IMG/VR virus record: IMGVR_UViG_3300009159_000035
Source: a virus
DNA length: 64,000 nucleotides
Reading direction: 5' to 3' (one strand)
Part shown: positions 47,901 through 56,188 of the stretch, piece after piece
How positions within the stretch are numbered: position 1 is the stretch's first letter
Layout of the letters: every line of letters starts with the position of its first letter
Position numbers and translations under genes: made by a program
The notes under the pieces: generated by a model
Told to the model about the DNA's origin: nothing
The model's database searches: none
What the model saw: only the letters and a program-made list of their open reading frames with translations

Positions 47901-47953
47901 GAGCTGGAGGTCAATTGGCTTCTGCTTCTACTGGATTTACTCCTTCTTTCTAA
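44927..47953 (+). CDS. gp18: Contractile tail sheath protein (gp18-like)
   Basis: SSGVYTVEID, GSSKKGP, VPPAAY, VAGKRG, NNIHVRE, FEFND..TR, DDSNN. Confidence 0.92.
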   Translation: MAEKLNLNRFKSSGVYTVEIDESSNLSLPLSTGRLVIGSSKKGPINAVVLVNDLRTLSAVYGDIDSKLEKNGNYFHRTIQVALRNGPVYALNLLPIADSDVAYFTTFNTEAASNNSTWSASSYQSSIADFYNTQKLWFADVDAVNKYKNLALGDSFPATGTVDRDANKLLSLVNLSKKNVTSWARIADTTGYDIKVKEYYKLLGDKVEVPDFLHPDDYVADYFVELSVVEGDWSDALRLSKDPIYQQYFNESGIILSKMNDFLSLKEVTVVNRTIGAIIPEFTDLTGAPASLDDLFNNKFSQSGVYCALDYKKIDMIDLANNPVFDSGSATESIESQRLDLVGYGFDEIDSSVYSVDSGNPDLSIDPVKLIDVLSYRKTAGYEYYFNIPTTSPDNYDILPGAAINPGEMYTVNPTGTNNNYIIATIGSPLYNAWANGFIKTGDTLLTGSTRYLSTDGVVKTVMNGLVKVSYIEFYAYSDLTYTNQVDAAAITSGSNKYLHIKSVTVTEFNFDFDLTDTDYFMSGFSYFSPNRLVFTLAPTLYGNTAKKEIANGNAAYDATKRSKIEAFIKTGQYVKASILTDSDGDPVIRERLLRIKTVYARKVSVTYLGDPTNTLEYTITVDSPLDINVTGINLTDSVLKVYKGIKNYVTDLKGFYVPAISLDEVGLYPNGTSARQDKILDYMFENTNIATTIADNETLNFRYIIDSFEGQVAPASKQQLAQLAANHGKALAICNAPSFAQYEKSIDPSFIDFNTNLVSTEYISTGGNLSSNPQFTFGFASGDKNGIAIASYAAYFMPNLVIFDNGRSKSVPPAAYIANTYMKKYTGGNTFSIVAGKRGIITEPEVTGIEYDLTNDDRDYLEPVGFNMIVRRRGFGVMIFSNNTGYQRVRSALNNIHVREALVTIERDIERILLNYLFEFNDTTTRLRVKTLVKNYLEAVQDARGIATFDVIFDDSNNGSEVLENNAGVIDIIVDFPRGIQKFINRITITRAGGQLASASTGFTPSF

Positions 47954-47974
47954 TTAAAAAGTTTAATACAAATA

Positions 47975-48001
47975 AAAAGGACCTCAATGAGGTCCTTTTT
48001 T
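47975..48001. terminator. Bidirectional intrinsic terminator
   Basis: AAAAGGACCTC-AAT-GAGGTCCTTTTT. Confidence 0.88.
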
Positions 48002-48089
48002 GGGCCGACAGGATATGCCAGACATCCACCAATCGGTTTAGAGGTCCGATAACCTTATTTTAAAATAATAACCAAGCCGGCAGGTTAAT

Positions 48090-48377
48090 TTAATCTTTAA
48101 TTAATTGTTTTTTTGCTTCGCATTTATCAATACGTGAATCAACGTAAGAGTGAAGCTGATCTATTCTTTGACCTGTTTGTTTATGCAAGTCATCGAATAA
48201 ACGATGTGTATCTTGGAAGTTTTTATCCAATCTATTTTCTGCATGGCGCATGTGATCTTCTATACTTTGTATTTGGTTTTGCTGTTTTAATACCTTCACA
48301 ATACCCATAACAATAACGGTTAATATAATAACAGCTACTACAGAGAGTACTCCAAAAGTAAACGATAGTGTTTCCAT
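48090..48377 (-). CDS. Small membrane protein (one N-terminal TM helix plus coiled coil)
   Basis: FTFGVLSVVAVIILTVIVMGIVKV followed by heptad region. Confidence 0.7.
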   Translation of the reverse strand: METLSFTFGVLSVVAVIILTVIVMGIVKVLKQQNQIQSIEDHMRHAENRLDKNFQDTHRLFDDLHKQTGQRIDQLHSYVDSRIDKCEAKKQLIKD

Positions 48378-48449
48378 ATGTTTATTTTGTTTTTTTAGTT
48401 GCCGGCAAGGCTACCATTTAATCTTTAGTTGAGTCATTAGTCCAAGAAC

Positions 48450-49022
48450 TTAGTCTGCGATATCCATAATGTCTTCAAGAACTCTAATTGAGTCAGTTGA
48501 GTCATTATGTAAAATACCAGTTCCACCGGCATCAGTCCATTTATTTAGCTTAGTATCAAAGTCATCAATTAAAATGTCAAATTTATCTCTGGCATATTTC
48601 CATTTGTCTTGATCTAACACTATTCTGGTTTTACTTGTGAAGTCTTCAGGTTTAGTAACCGGTTCTTCATCAATATGCAGGTGTAATTTAATCCATTTTG
48701 CTTTACCAGCTAAACATTCAGCACTTCTGCTTGGAGCAGATAGAATAATTGGATCGTATTGTTTTAAATAGTCCCATAATTCTCTACCATCTGGTGTCCA
48801 TGGTAAATCTGCCCAAAAATCTTCGCCTAATTTATCTAGGATTGGCCAAATTGAATTTTTGCCGTGCAGCTCCTCATATGCATGCGGAGAAAGTTTTTCA
48901 GGATTTTCTGAAATTTCCATAAAGCCTCGGTTAAAGTCTACTAAGACTCCGTCTAGGTCGCAAAAAATTGTATATTTTCCGCCTCTTTTTTCAAAGATGA
49001 ATTGTTTAAATTTCTTAAGCAT
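48450..49022 (-). CDS. HAD 5'(3')-deoxyribonucleotidase-like protein with targeting-like N-terminus
   Basis: Likely start ATG 49022 MLKKFKQFIFEK; FCDLDGVLVDF, ILSAP, K..W, ILIDD, W..AGG.GI. Confidence 0.8.
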   Translation of the reverse strand: MLKKFKQFIFEKRGGKYTIFCDLDGVLVDFNRGFMEISENPEKLSPHAYEELHGKNSIWPILDKLGEDFWADLPWTPDGRELWDYLKQYDPIILSAPSRSAECLAGKAKWIKLHLHIDEEPVTKPEDFTSKTRIVLDQDKWKYARDKFDILIDDFDTKLNKWTDAGGTGILHNDSTDSIRVLEDIMDIAD

Positions 49023-49347
49023 TTTCTTTAAGTTCAAATTGAGTATCTTGATCTTTGTTAATTATGGCCAAAAGATCATTTGCCATTACTAAATGGTAAC
49101 CAATACCGTCCCAGGTTACATCAAGTCCTGAATATCTTTGGTATAGAACTTTATCCCCTGCCTTAACTGGGCATTTTGAATTATTTGCAACAGAATGTCC
49201 AACTGAGATTACTTTTCCAGTATTTGGACGCTTGCGTGCATCAACTGATAAAATAATACCAGTTTCAGTTTTTTTCTCTACTGTATCTGGTAAAATTAGA
49301 AGCCTTTCAAATAGTGGCATAAAGCCTTTTGTTATATCAACGCTCAT
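49015..49347 (-). CDS. groES: Co-chaperonin GroES
   Basis: PLFERLLI...KTETGIIL...GKVISVG...VKAGDKVLY..YSG...DLLAII. Confidence 0.9.
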   Translation of the reverse strand: MSVDITKGFMPLFERLLILPDTVEKKTETGIILSVDARKRPNTGKVISVGHSVANNSKCPVKAGDKVLYQRYSGLDVTWDGIGYHLVMANDLLAIINKDQDTQFELKENA

Positions 49348-50459
49348 TAGTATTTATAATTTTTTTTAAATTTGTAATAATTGAATTTACGACGAGCTGT
49401 TAAATCCACATTTGCTTTTATTGCATCTAATACATCAGTTGGAAAAAGCTTTGTACTTAATCTTACTAATGTCTTATTGCGATGGATGTTATTCTCAATC
49501 GTCTGCCATTCACCAGGTTCCTTTATCTTTAGAGTATCACATGTTATTTCACGCATTACATCAAGGAACCCAGAATCACCTAAATCGATTAATTCTTTAA
49601 CGTCAGACCACTCATAGGATTCTCTAACATGCTCTATTATTTTAGATACTTTAGAAGCTGTCATTTTTGGATGAACTCTTGGAATATTATCAGAACTGTC
49701 TCCAGCTAAACACTTTGTTAAAATATCTAGGGTTGGATCAATTGTTAAGTGCTGATAGTCTTTTTGAGTTAAGTCATTTATTATATTAATAACAGCTGAG
49801 TTATCAATTGACTCAATATCAAAATCAAATAAATTAACTTCTGCAGGAGTTTCATCTTTACCAAAATCAGCAGTTGTATAAATCTTTTTATACTTTGTCA
49901 TTTGTTTTGGCATAATTAAAATAACTTTGCGTTTATTACTTTCTAATAATTGAGTTAAGTCTTTATCAACTGACCAAATACAAATATCTTCTTTTAGATT
50001 TTCGCAAATGTAAGCAATTAGATCATCACCTTCTGCTCCAGGAACACGATTAACCACAACTCCATATTCATCAGAGATTATATTAAGAATCTCAGTCTGG
50101 AAGTATTCAAAAAATAGATAAATTTTATCATCGTATTTTCGTTGACCTTTATAATTAAAGTCTCCTTCTCCATGTGTTTCAAAATGTTCCTTAATATATT
50201 TTTTTCTCCAACTCTTAGAGTCAAATACAAAAAATACAGATTGGATATTTTCCTTAAATGGAGCAAGGATACTTCCAAAATAATTTGTTGAAAATGATTT
50301 AAACGAATCTTTACTACCCTGTTTAAGAATAAAGTTATCGTCGTTTAATAAATCAGCAACGTAATACTTTTCACCAATTCTCTTATCGTTTGCAAGAATG
50401 TTTTTAACAATACTTACTGCCACGTTTAAAAAAGCATTTCCGTCTATGATTAGATTCAT
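49347..50459 (-). CDS. rnh: T4 RNase H-like 5'-3' exonuclease/flap endonuclease
   Basis: IIDGN, FDSKSWRK, YKGQR, EGDDLI, SVDKDLTQL, GDSSDNIP. Confidence 0.9.
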   Translation of the reverse strand: MNLIIDGNAFLNVAVSIVKNILANDKRIGEKYYVADLLNDDNFILKQGSKDSFKSFSTNYFGSILAPFKENIQSVFFVFDSKSWRKKYIKEHFETHGEGDFNYKGQRKYDDKIYLFFEYFQTEILNIISDEYGVVVNRVPGAEGDDLIAYICENLKEDICIWSVDKDLTQLLESNKRKVILIMPKQMTKYKKIYTTADFGKDETPAEVNLFDFDIESIDNSAVINIINDLTQKDYQHLTIDPTLDILTKCLAGDSSDNIPRVHPKMTASKVSKIIEHVRESYEWSDVKELIDLGDSGFLDVMREITCDTLKIKEPGEWQTIENNIHRNKTLVRLSTKLFPTDVLDAIKANVDLTARRKFNYYKFKKNYKY

Positions 50460-50460
50460 T

Positions 50461-50739
50461 TTAATTAGTGGGTTGTTTAGGAACTTGTAGTTTCTTTATT
50501 GCTTTTAAAATAAGTTCAGATTCTTCTAGTGTAAATATTCCTTTAGCTTGGCAGTGGTTAGCTGATGCTACTAAAATAAGAACTGCGTGTTCTGGAGTTA
50601 AATTTACCAAAAAGTTTTCGTAATCTTCAAGGTTAGTATAACTAATTGAAGAAAGTAGAGTAGCTATTGGAGCGGCCTCAGGTTGATTTGCGTCAACCTG
50701 AGGAGCTTCAACTACTGGTGGTGTTTTTGATTTTGCCAT
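50461..50739 (-). CDS. Hypothetical protein
   Basis: 92 aa between gp32 and rnh; KGIFTLEESELI. Confidence 0.65.
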   Translation of the reverse strand: MAKSKTPPVVEAPQVDANQPEAAPIATLLSSISYTNLEDYENFLVNLTPEHAVLILVASANHCQAKGIFTLEESELILKAIKKLQVPKQPTN

Positions 50740-50758
50740 TTTGTAGTTTAATTATTTT

Positions 50759-51805
50759 TTATAAAGATGCAAATAAATCATCTAAGTCATCTGCTTTTGG
50801 AGCAGCTGCTTTAGCTGTAGGTTTAACGGCTGGTGCAGACATTTCAAAGTCATCGTCTAAACTAATTGATGAGCTTACATTTTTTACTGCTGGAGCTGGG
50901 GTAAATTCAATATCTTCGCCAAGTGGTGCTTGTGTTCTAGCTATTGGAGCAGATAATTTAAAGTGTTTCTTCATTCTTTCATCTTTAGTATTTGCAACTA
51001 AATTGTCAATGATTTGTTTGTAAGGAATAATTGCTTTAATATAGTCAGCAACTTTTTCGTATTCAACATCAGTCCAATCCTTTAAGAAATATTGACTCAT
51101 ATCTGGCGAATTCTTTTTAAAGTATTCACTTACAAATTGCATAACCTTAGGTTCAGTAGATACTGGAATTTCTTTACCTTGAGTTGAGATAATTAATGGG
51201 CTAACTTCATTCATGAATTTACTAGCACTAAAATCTCTCCATGCTTTAGTCTTACGCTTAATAACCAAAACAAAATCTTTACCAGTAGTAAGTGAAAATG
51301 GATTGATTTTTTGAGTAGTAACTAATTCCTGTTCAGGATTAATTTCCTGTTGGATTAAGTTATCAATTGTATATCCGTAAGAATATATTTTAATTTTACC
51401 TTCCATTGTAGGAAATTGTGGATCCTTCTTGATATAAACACAAGAATAATAATTGTAATAACGATTAAAATACTTTTGAATCTCTTCAACAATTGAAGGC
51501 TCTTCGTTTTTCAATCGCTTTAATTCAAGATCAAGCGTCCAAAGAATTGATGATGCTCCTGTCGTTGATGGACAATCTACATACAACTTTTCGTTGGTTA
51601 AAGGGTTTATTAATTTAGCTGCGTATTTTTTATAGCGGCTCTTAGTTGGATCGGTTACCCAAGGGATAAAACGAATAACTGATTTGTAAATACCGTTTTG
51701 ACCTTGGTCTGGACCGGGATTGTACACGTTGTCGTCGACTTTGCGACCAGCTGATGATGATTTACCTGAGAAATCATCGAGATTAAGATTGAATAGATCT
51801 TCCAT
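50759..51805 (-). CDS. gp32: Single-stranded DNA-binding protein (gp32-like)
   Basis: VIRFIP, CPST, NPFSLTTGKDF, DFSASKF, acidic tail DDLDDLFASL. Confidence 0.85.
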   Translation of the reverse strand: MEDLFNLNLDDFSGKSSSAGRKVDDNVYNPGPDQGQNGIYKSVIRFIPWVTDPTKSRYKKYAAKLINPLTNEKLYVDCPSTTGASSILWTLDLELKRLKNEEPSIVEEIQKYFNRYYNYYSCVYIKKDPQFPTMEGKIKIYSYGYTIDNLIQQEINPEQELVTTQKINPFSLTTGKDFVLVIKRKTKAWRDFSASKFMNEVSPLIISTQGKEIPVSTEPKVMQFVSEYFKKNSPDMSQYFLKDWTDVEYEKVADYIKAIIPYKQIIDNLVANTKDERMKKHFKLSAPIARTQAPLGEDIEFTPAPAVKNVSSSISLDDDFEMSAPAVKPTAKAAAPKADDLDDLFASL

Positions 51806-51835
51806 ATTGTTTATAATGTTTAATAATTTAATAGA

Positions 51836-51862
51836 ATTGTACTAAATAAATGTGAAGAGTTT
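51836..51862 (-). promoter_or_regulatory. AAAC-N17-TACAAT promoter for gp32 operon
   Basis: Recurrent motif. Confidence 0.65.
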
Positions 51863-51864
51863 TG

Positions 51865-51897
51865 AAAAAAAAAGGACGAGTTGTAAAACCCGTCCTT
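51865..51897 (-). terminator. Intrinsic terminator after Hc1-like gene
   Basis: Minus strand AAGGACGGGTT-TTAC-AACTCGTCC followed by T run. Confidence 0.8.
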
Positions 51898-51921
51898 AAA
51901 TGTGAACTTTTAGTCTAAAAA

Positions 51922-52113
51922 TTAAGCTTTAGTATCAACTTTAGATTCTTGAACGTGAGTTCGGCCTTCTTGACAAAGTGCTTTAATGTCTTGAAGAACT
52001 TTACGAGTTCTAGTTCCAGCTGATTTATTTCCTTTTTCGTAGAATTTTCCAGCTTCTGCTTCTAATTGAGAAACTTGTTCCTTTAGCGATGTTAACCATG
52101 TAGGTGTTGTCAT
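51922..52113 (-). CDS. Histone H1-like protein (Hc1 family)
   Basis: KFYEKGNKSAGTRTRKVLQDIK. Confidence 0.8.
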   Translation of the reverse strand: MTTPTWLTSLKEQVSQLEAEAGKFYEKGNKSAGTRTRKVLQDIKALCQEGRTHVQESKVDTKA

Positions 52114-52133
52114 AATTTCAAATATTTTTTTAT

Positions 52134-52160
52134 CTTATATTTGAGAAATCCACCCGGTTT
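52134..52160 (-). promoter_or_regulatory. AAAC-N17-TATAAG promoter for Hc1-like gene
   Basis: Recurrent motif. Confidence 0.65.
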
Positions 52161-52166
52161 TAAATA

Positions 52167-52892
52167 TTAGTGATATTTGTTTGAAAATTTAGCTGCTGGG
52201 TATACCTTTTTAGCAAAAGCTATCCAAGAAGTCATAACTTTGTCAGCTTCAAGTTGAGAAATTACCTCTGTCTCAATAAATGGCTGTAAATATTCTGTAA
52301 ACTCCTGATCGAGCGGTACTCGTTTCTTTTTAGCTGATGCATACATACCTGCAACCATTGCTGGAATTTCATCAGATAATAAAAAGTAACGATAATTATT
52401 TTGAGCATCAGCTCTTACTGATTTTCTGGTATTAATAATATGCCCACTTTTTTTATTTATGCCTTTTTGCAAAAGGTGTTCAAGTTCATGTCGTATATTA
52501 TCAATTAATTTATAATTTAATACTGGATAACATTGAGGTTCTGCCTCTGGGCTAATATAAACAACTACTTCAATTTCAGGGTCAACTAACTCAGTTACCT
52601 TTGGAATAAATGAATTTGCATCTATTGCAAAACCTTTATTTTCAAAATTAATTACCTCCCAAGGAAGTCCACTAAACTCTTTAGATTTAGCTGGCTCAAA
52701 TTCTTCAACTCTAACTATTTTAATAGATAGCGTAAATTCAAGTGGATTACTATATTCAAATTCTTTAAATATTTCTTTACCTATCTTAGAACCAGCAGTT
52801 TTCTTAACTACACTAAATAAATCTTTAGCAAAAACTGATGCAAGCGAATCGTATTTTGATTCAAATATAAATTGTGAAAACCTTTTTATCAT
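52167..52892 (-). CDS. HExxH-motif protein (zincin-like) with targeting-like N-terminus
   Basis: MIKRFSQFIFES; IRHELEHLLQ...YFLLSDEIPA. Confidence 0.65.
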   Translation of the reverse strand: MIKRFSQFIFESKYDSLASVFAKDLFSVVKKTAGSKIGKEIFKEFEYSNPLEFTLSIKIVRVEEFEPAKSKEFSGLPWEVINFENKGFAIDANSFIPKVTELVDPEIEVVVYISPEAEPQCYPVLNYKLIDNIRHELEHLLQKGINKKSGHIINTRKSVRADAQNNYRYFLLSDEIPAMVAGMYASAKKKRVPLDQEFTEYLQPFIETEVISQLEADKVMTSWIAFAKKVYPAAKFSNKYH

Positions 52893-53458
52893 TTTTTAGG
52901 TTTAATAAAATTTACTTCTAATTGATTGGTTGATGGTGATAATTTAGCATCAAACTCTATATCAATATCGCCTTTATCAATACCTAATTTTTTAGCAGAC
53001 ATTGAAGATTTTAATTTATCATAAACTTCTTTATCTAAAAATCCTTCACCTCTAAGTGCATCAACAATTTCAGCTTTCTTTGAATCAAATTTATTATCAG
53101 TTATCCACTTATCTAAATCAGCCTGTTTAAGTTGGTATTCTTTATATCTTTTAACACCGCCGCCTCCAGTATATTGAGAATGCCATTTTTTATCAGCATC
53201 AATTAACACTAGATTAATATCGCCAGTTTGACCGGCGGTTGGAGCTGGTACATTTGGGTCTGGCGGTAATTCAGCAGTTGCAAATGGATCAGTTTGAGTT
53301 GTATCGGTTGAAGGTGGAACCGTGGTGTCAGTTGTAACCGTGGTGTCAGTTGTAACTGGAGTTTCAGTTGCTGCCGGTGGCTCAACTGGTGGCGGAGTAG
53401 AAACAAGTTCATCTGCTTCTAGTAATAACTTAAATTGGCTAAAGTCTAGGATTTGCAT
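52889..53458 (-). CDS. Hypothetical protein with targeting-like N-terminus and P/T-rich linker
   Basis: MQILDFSQFKLLLEA; duplicated TTDTTV; late promoter 53478-53487. Confidence 0.7.
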   Translation of the reverse strand: MQILDFSQFKLLLEADELVSTPPPVEPPAATETPVTTDTTVTTDTTVPPSTDTTQTDPFATAELPPDPNVPAPTAGQTGDINLVLIDADKKWHSQYTGGGGVKRYKEYQLKQADLDKWITDNKFDSKKAEIVDALRGEGFLDKEVYDKLKSSMSAKKLGIDKGDIDIEFDAKLSPSTNQLEVNFIKPKK

Positions 53459-53477
53459 AAATATAGTAATTGTTATG

Positions 53478-53487
53478 GTTATTTATA
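53478..53487 (-). promoter_or_regulatory. Late promoter
   Basis: TATAAATAAC directly after nrdJ terminator. Confidence 0.7.
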
Positions 53488-53518
53488 CAAAAAAAGGGAG
53501 ACAACTGCCTCCCCTTTC
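53488..53518 (-). terminator. Intrinsic terminator after nrdJ
   Basis: Minus strand GGGGAGGC-AGTT-GTCTCCC followed by T run. Confidence 0.8.
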
Positions 53519-53539
53519 ATATTCAATAGTTAATATTGG

Positions 53540-56113
53540 TTAGCCGCACTTAGAATCACCACAGTTCTTACAAGATAGGCAACCTTCTGTATAAACAAGT
53601 GCATCTGAACCACACGATTTACAGGCTTTACCGGAAACGGTTGTTCCATCCTTTACGAATTTTTTAAGCATTCGTTTAACTCCGGCTTTCCAGGTAGTAA
53701 TTAGGTCACCATCTAGGTTTAAAGAATCTAATAATTCAATAACATATGGTAATGGCATACCGTGTCGTAATACAGCAGAGATAGTTTTTGCCATATCATG
53801 ATACTTTTCATCAAATGCATGATTTAAGTTAGGGATCTTAATTGTTTCTCCAAGTTTATCAATATAGACAACATCATATGAAGATTTTCCTTCTTTTTTA
53901 GTTCTAACAATTTTAACTGATTCAACATAAGTTGGAATTGGAAAATTTTCATGTTGTCCAGTAAATACTTCATATGGTTTTCCATTTAGTAGTCCAATAA
54001 GACCGACCCAACGCTCTCCACTATTCATAAAGGTAGTAACTGAACCGTCCAAGGATAGTGGTCTTTTTGGAGCTTGCGAATCGCTAAATAATTCCTGTTT
54101 TTTCTTATCGTCTTTTGAAATTAATACGCCAGATCTAGAACCGTCTCGGTAAATGGTACAGCCTTTACAACCTTCTTCCCAAGCAGTCATATAAACTTGA
54201 TTAACTAATTCTTCAGTAACGTGTTCTGGTAGATTTACAGTAACTGAAATTGAATGGTCAACCCATTGTTGGATTTTTCCTTGCATTCTAACTTTTTCTA
54301 CCCAATCAACGTCATTTGCCATTGCTTTATAGTATGGGGACTTTTCAGTTAGTAACTGTATGGTGTCATCTGAGAGCTTCTCGATAATGTCTGATTCACC
54401 ATTTGGAATGTATTTGTATCCTTCAATCTCAATCCATTTTTTAAAGCCGTGATGAAATACGTGATATTCTTCCCAATGATCCCCAACTGAATCAATAAAA
54501 TCAGATTTGGAATTTTTATCATTTGGATTAATTTTCTTTCTGCGTTTATATGATACCATAAAAGCAGGCTCAATACCTGAAGTAGTTTGAGACATTAATG
54601 AAACTGTGCCAGTTGGTGCAATTGTCAATAGTGCAATATTACGTCTACCGTATTTCATAAGATCTGCATATAGAGCAGCATCGTATTCTTTAATTCTTTC
54701 TAAGAATGGATGGCCTTCTTCTCGAGCTGCGTCCCATATCTTAAATGCTCCACGCTCTTTTGCTAGGGTATTAGATGAACGAAAAACTTCAAGTGCATAA
54801 GTTCTAGCAACTTCAACTGCAAAGTCAGTTGCTTTTTTAGTTCCATAACGTAAGCCTAATGCAGCTAACATATCGCCTTCAGCGGTAATACCTACACCAG
54901 TACGGCGACCTTCCATACATTTGGTTCGAATACGGTGCCATAGTTCAAGTTCAGTACGCTTAACATCAGTAGATTCAGGATCACTTTCAATTTTAGAAAT
55001 AATAGTATCAATTTTTTCAATTTCAAGATCAATAATATCATCCATCATACGTAATGCAATTTGAGCGTGTTCTTTAAATAAGTCAAAATCAAATTTTGCA
55101 TTTTTAGTAAATGGATTAACTACATATGAGTATAAGTTAATTGCTAATAATCTACATGAATCATCTGGGCATAATGGAATTTCTCCACATGGATTAGTTG
55201 AAACTGTTTTATATCCTAAATCCGCATAACGGTCAGCAAATGATTCTCTAATTATTTGATCCCAATAAAGAATTCCAGGTTCTGCTGATTTCCAAGCATT
55301 ATGAATAACTTTATTCCAAAGAAGTTTTGGATCAATTATTTTAGTTACTCTTGGCGTTTCAGAAAAAATTGGATATTGTTGAGTATATGATTTACCAGCC
55401 TTAACTGCTTTCATAAAATCATCGTGCATTTTAAGAGAGATATTTGCACCAGTAACTTTAGTACTATCAAGTTTAGCATCAACAAATGCTTCTGCTTCTG
55501 GGTGTCTAACTGAACATGATAACATTAATGCTCCACGACGACCGCCTTGAGCAACTTCGCGAGTTGAGTTTGAATATCTTTCCATAAATGGAATAATACC
55601 AGTAGAAGTTAGGGCTGAATTTTTAACAGGTAAACCCGCAGGTCGAATATCAGATAAATCATGACCTACGCCTCCACGACGTTTCATTAATTGAACCTGC
55701 TCTTGATCTACTTTTAAGATTGCACCATATGAATCGGATGCTCCATTAACTCCAATAACAAAACAGTTAGACAATGAAACTGTTTGATTATTATTTCCAA
55801 TACCACTCATTGGTGAACCTTGCGGAATAATATATTTAAACTTATCTAATAATGAAAAGATATATTCTTCACTTAATGGATTTTTATATTTCTTTTCAAC
55901 TCTAGCAAGTTCTGATGCAATTCGACGATGCATCATTTCTGGATTCTTTTCATAAAGATTGCCATCTGAATCTTTTAATGCGTATTTGTTAATCCATACA
56001 CTGGCAGCCAAATCATCTCCATTAAAATATTCTAAAGATGATGCATTTGCTTCTTCTTGGGTATATGTCAAGGTAACCACTTTTTCTGTTTCTAATACTA
56101 AATTGTCTATCAT
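53540..56113 (-). CDS. nrdJ: Class II (adenosylcobalamin-dependent) ribonucleotide reductase
   Basis: SLSNCFV, RRGGVG, AQGGRRGALM, TNPCGEIPL, IAPTGT, TIYRDGSR, C-terminal zinc ribbon; likely start ATG 56113. Confidence 0.93.
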   Translation of the reverse strand: MIDNLVLETEKVVTLTYTQEEANASSLEYFNGDDLAASVWINKYALKDSDGNLYEKNPEMMHRRIASELARVEKKYKNPLSEEYIFSLLDKFKYIIPQGSPMSGIGNNNQTVSLSNCFVIGVNGASDSYGAILKVDQEQVQLMKRRGGVGHDLSDIRPAGLPVKNSALTSTGIIPFMERYSNSTREVAQGGRRGALMLSCSVRHPEAEAFVDAKLDSTKVTGANISLKMHDDFMKAVKAGKSYTQQYPIFSETPRVTKIIDPKLLWNKVIHNAWKSAEPGILYWDQIIRESFADRYADLGYKTVSTNPCGEIPLCPDDSCRLLAINLYSYVVNPFTKNAKFDFDLFKEHAQIALRMMDDIIDLEIEKIDTIISKIESDPESTDVKRTELELWHRIRTKCMEGRRTGVGITAEGDMLAALGLRYGTKKATDFAVEVARTYALEVFRSSNTLAKERGAFKIWDAAREEGHPFLERIKEYDAALYADLMKYGRRNIALLTIAPTGTVSLMSQTTSGIEPAFMVSYKRRKKINPNDKNSKSDFIDSVGDHWEEYHVFHHGFKKWIEIEGYKYIPNGESDIIEKLSDDTIQLLTEKSPYYKAMANDVDWVEKVRMQGKIQQWVDHSISVTVNLPEHVTEELVNQVYMTAWEEGCKGCTIYRDGSRSGVLISKDDKKKQELFSDSQAPKRPLSLDGSVTTFMNSGERWVGLIGLLNGKPYEVFTGQHENFPIPTYVESVKIVRTKKEGKSSYDVVYIDKLGETIKIPNLNHAFDEKYHDMAKTISAVLRHGMPLPYVIELLDSLNLDGDLITTWKAGVKRMLKKFVKDGTTVSGKACKSCGSDALVYTEGCLSCKNCGDSKCG

Positions 56114-56143
56114 TTTTATTTTTATTTTTTGAGTTATTCTATT

Positions 56144-56186
56144 GAAAAAAGACAACTCTACCCCAGCTGTTTACTGAGGTAGGGTT
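56144..56186 (-). terminator. Hairpin plus T tract between S1-like gene and nrdJ
   Basis: Minus strand AACCCTACCTCAG...CTGGGGTAGAGTT-GTCTTTTTT. Confidence 0.6.
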
Positions 56187-56188
56187 AA

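Noticed and set aside
48002-48060. tRNA gene in GC-rich intergenic patches (also 6561-6625, 61836-61880)
   Set aside because: No cloverleaf with acceptor stem and T-loop could be built by eye
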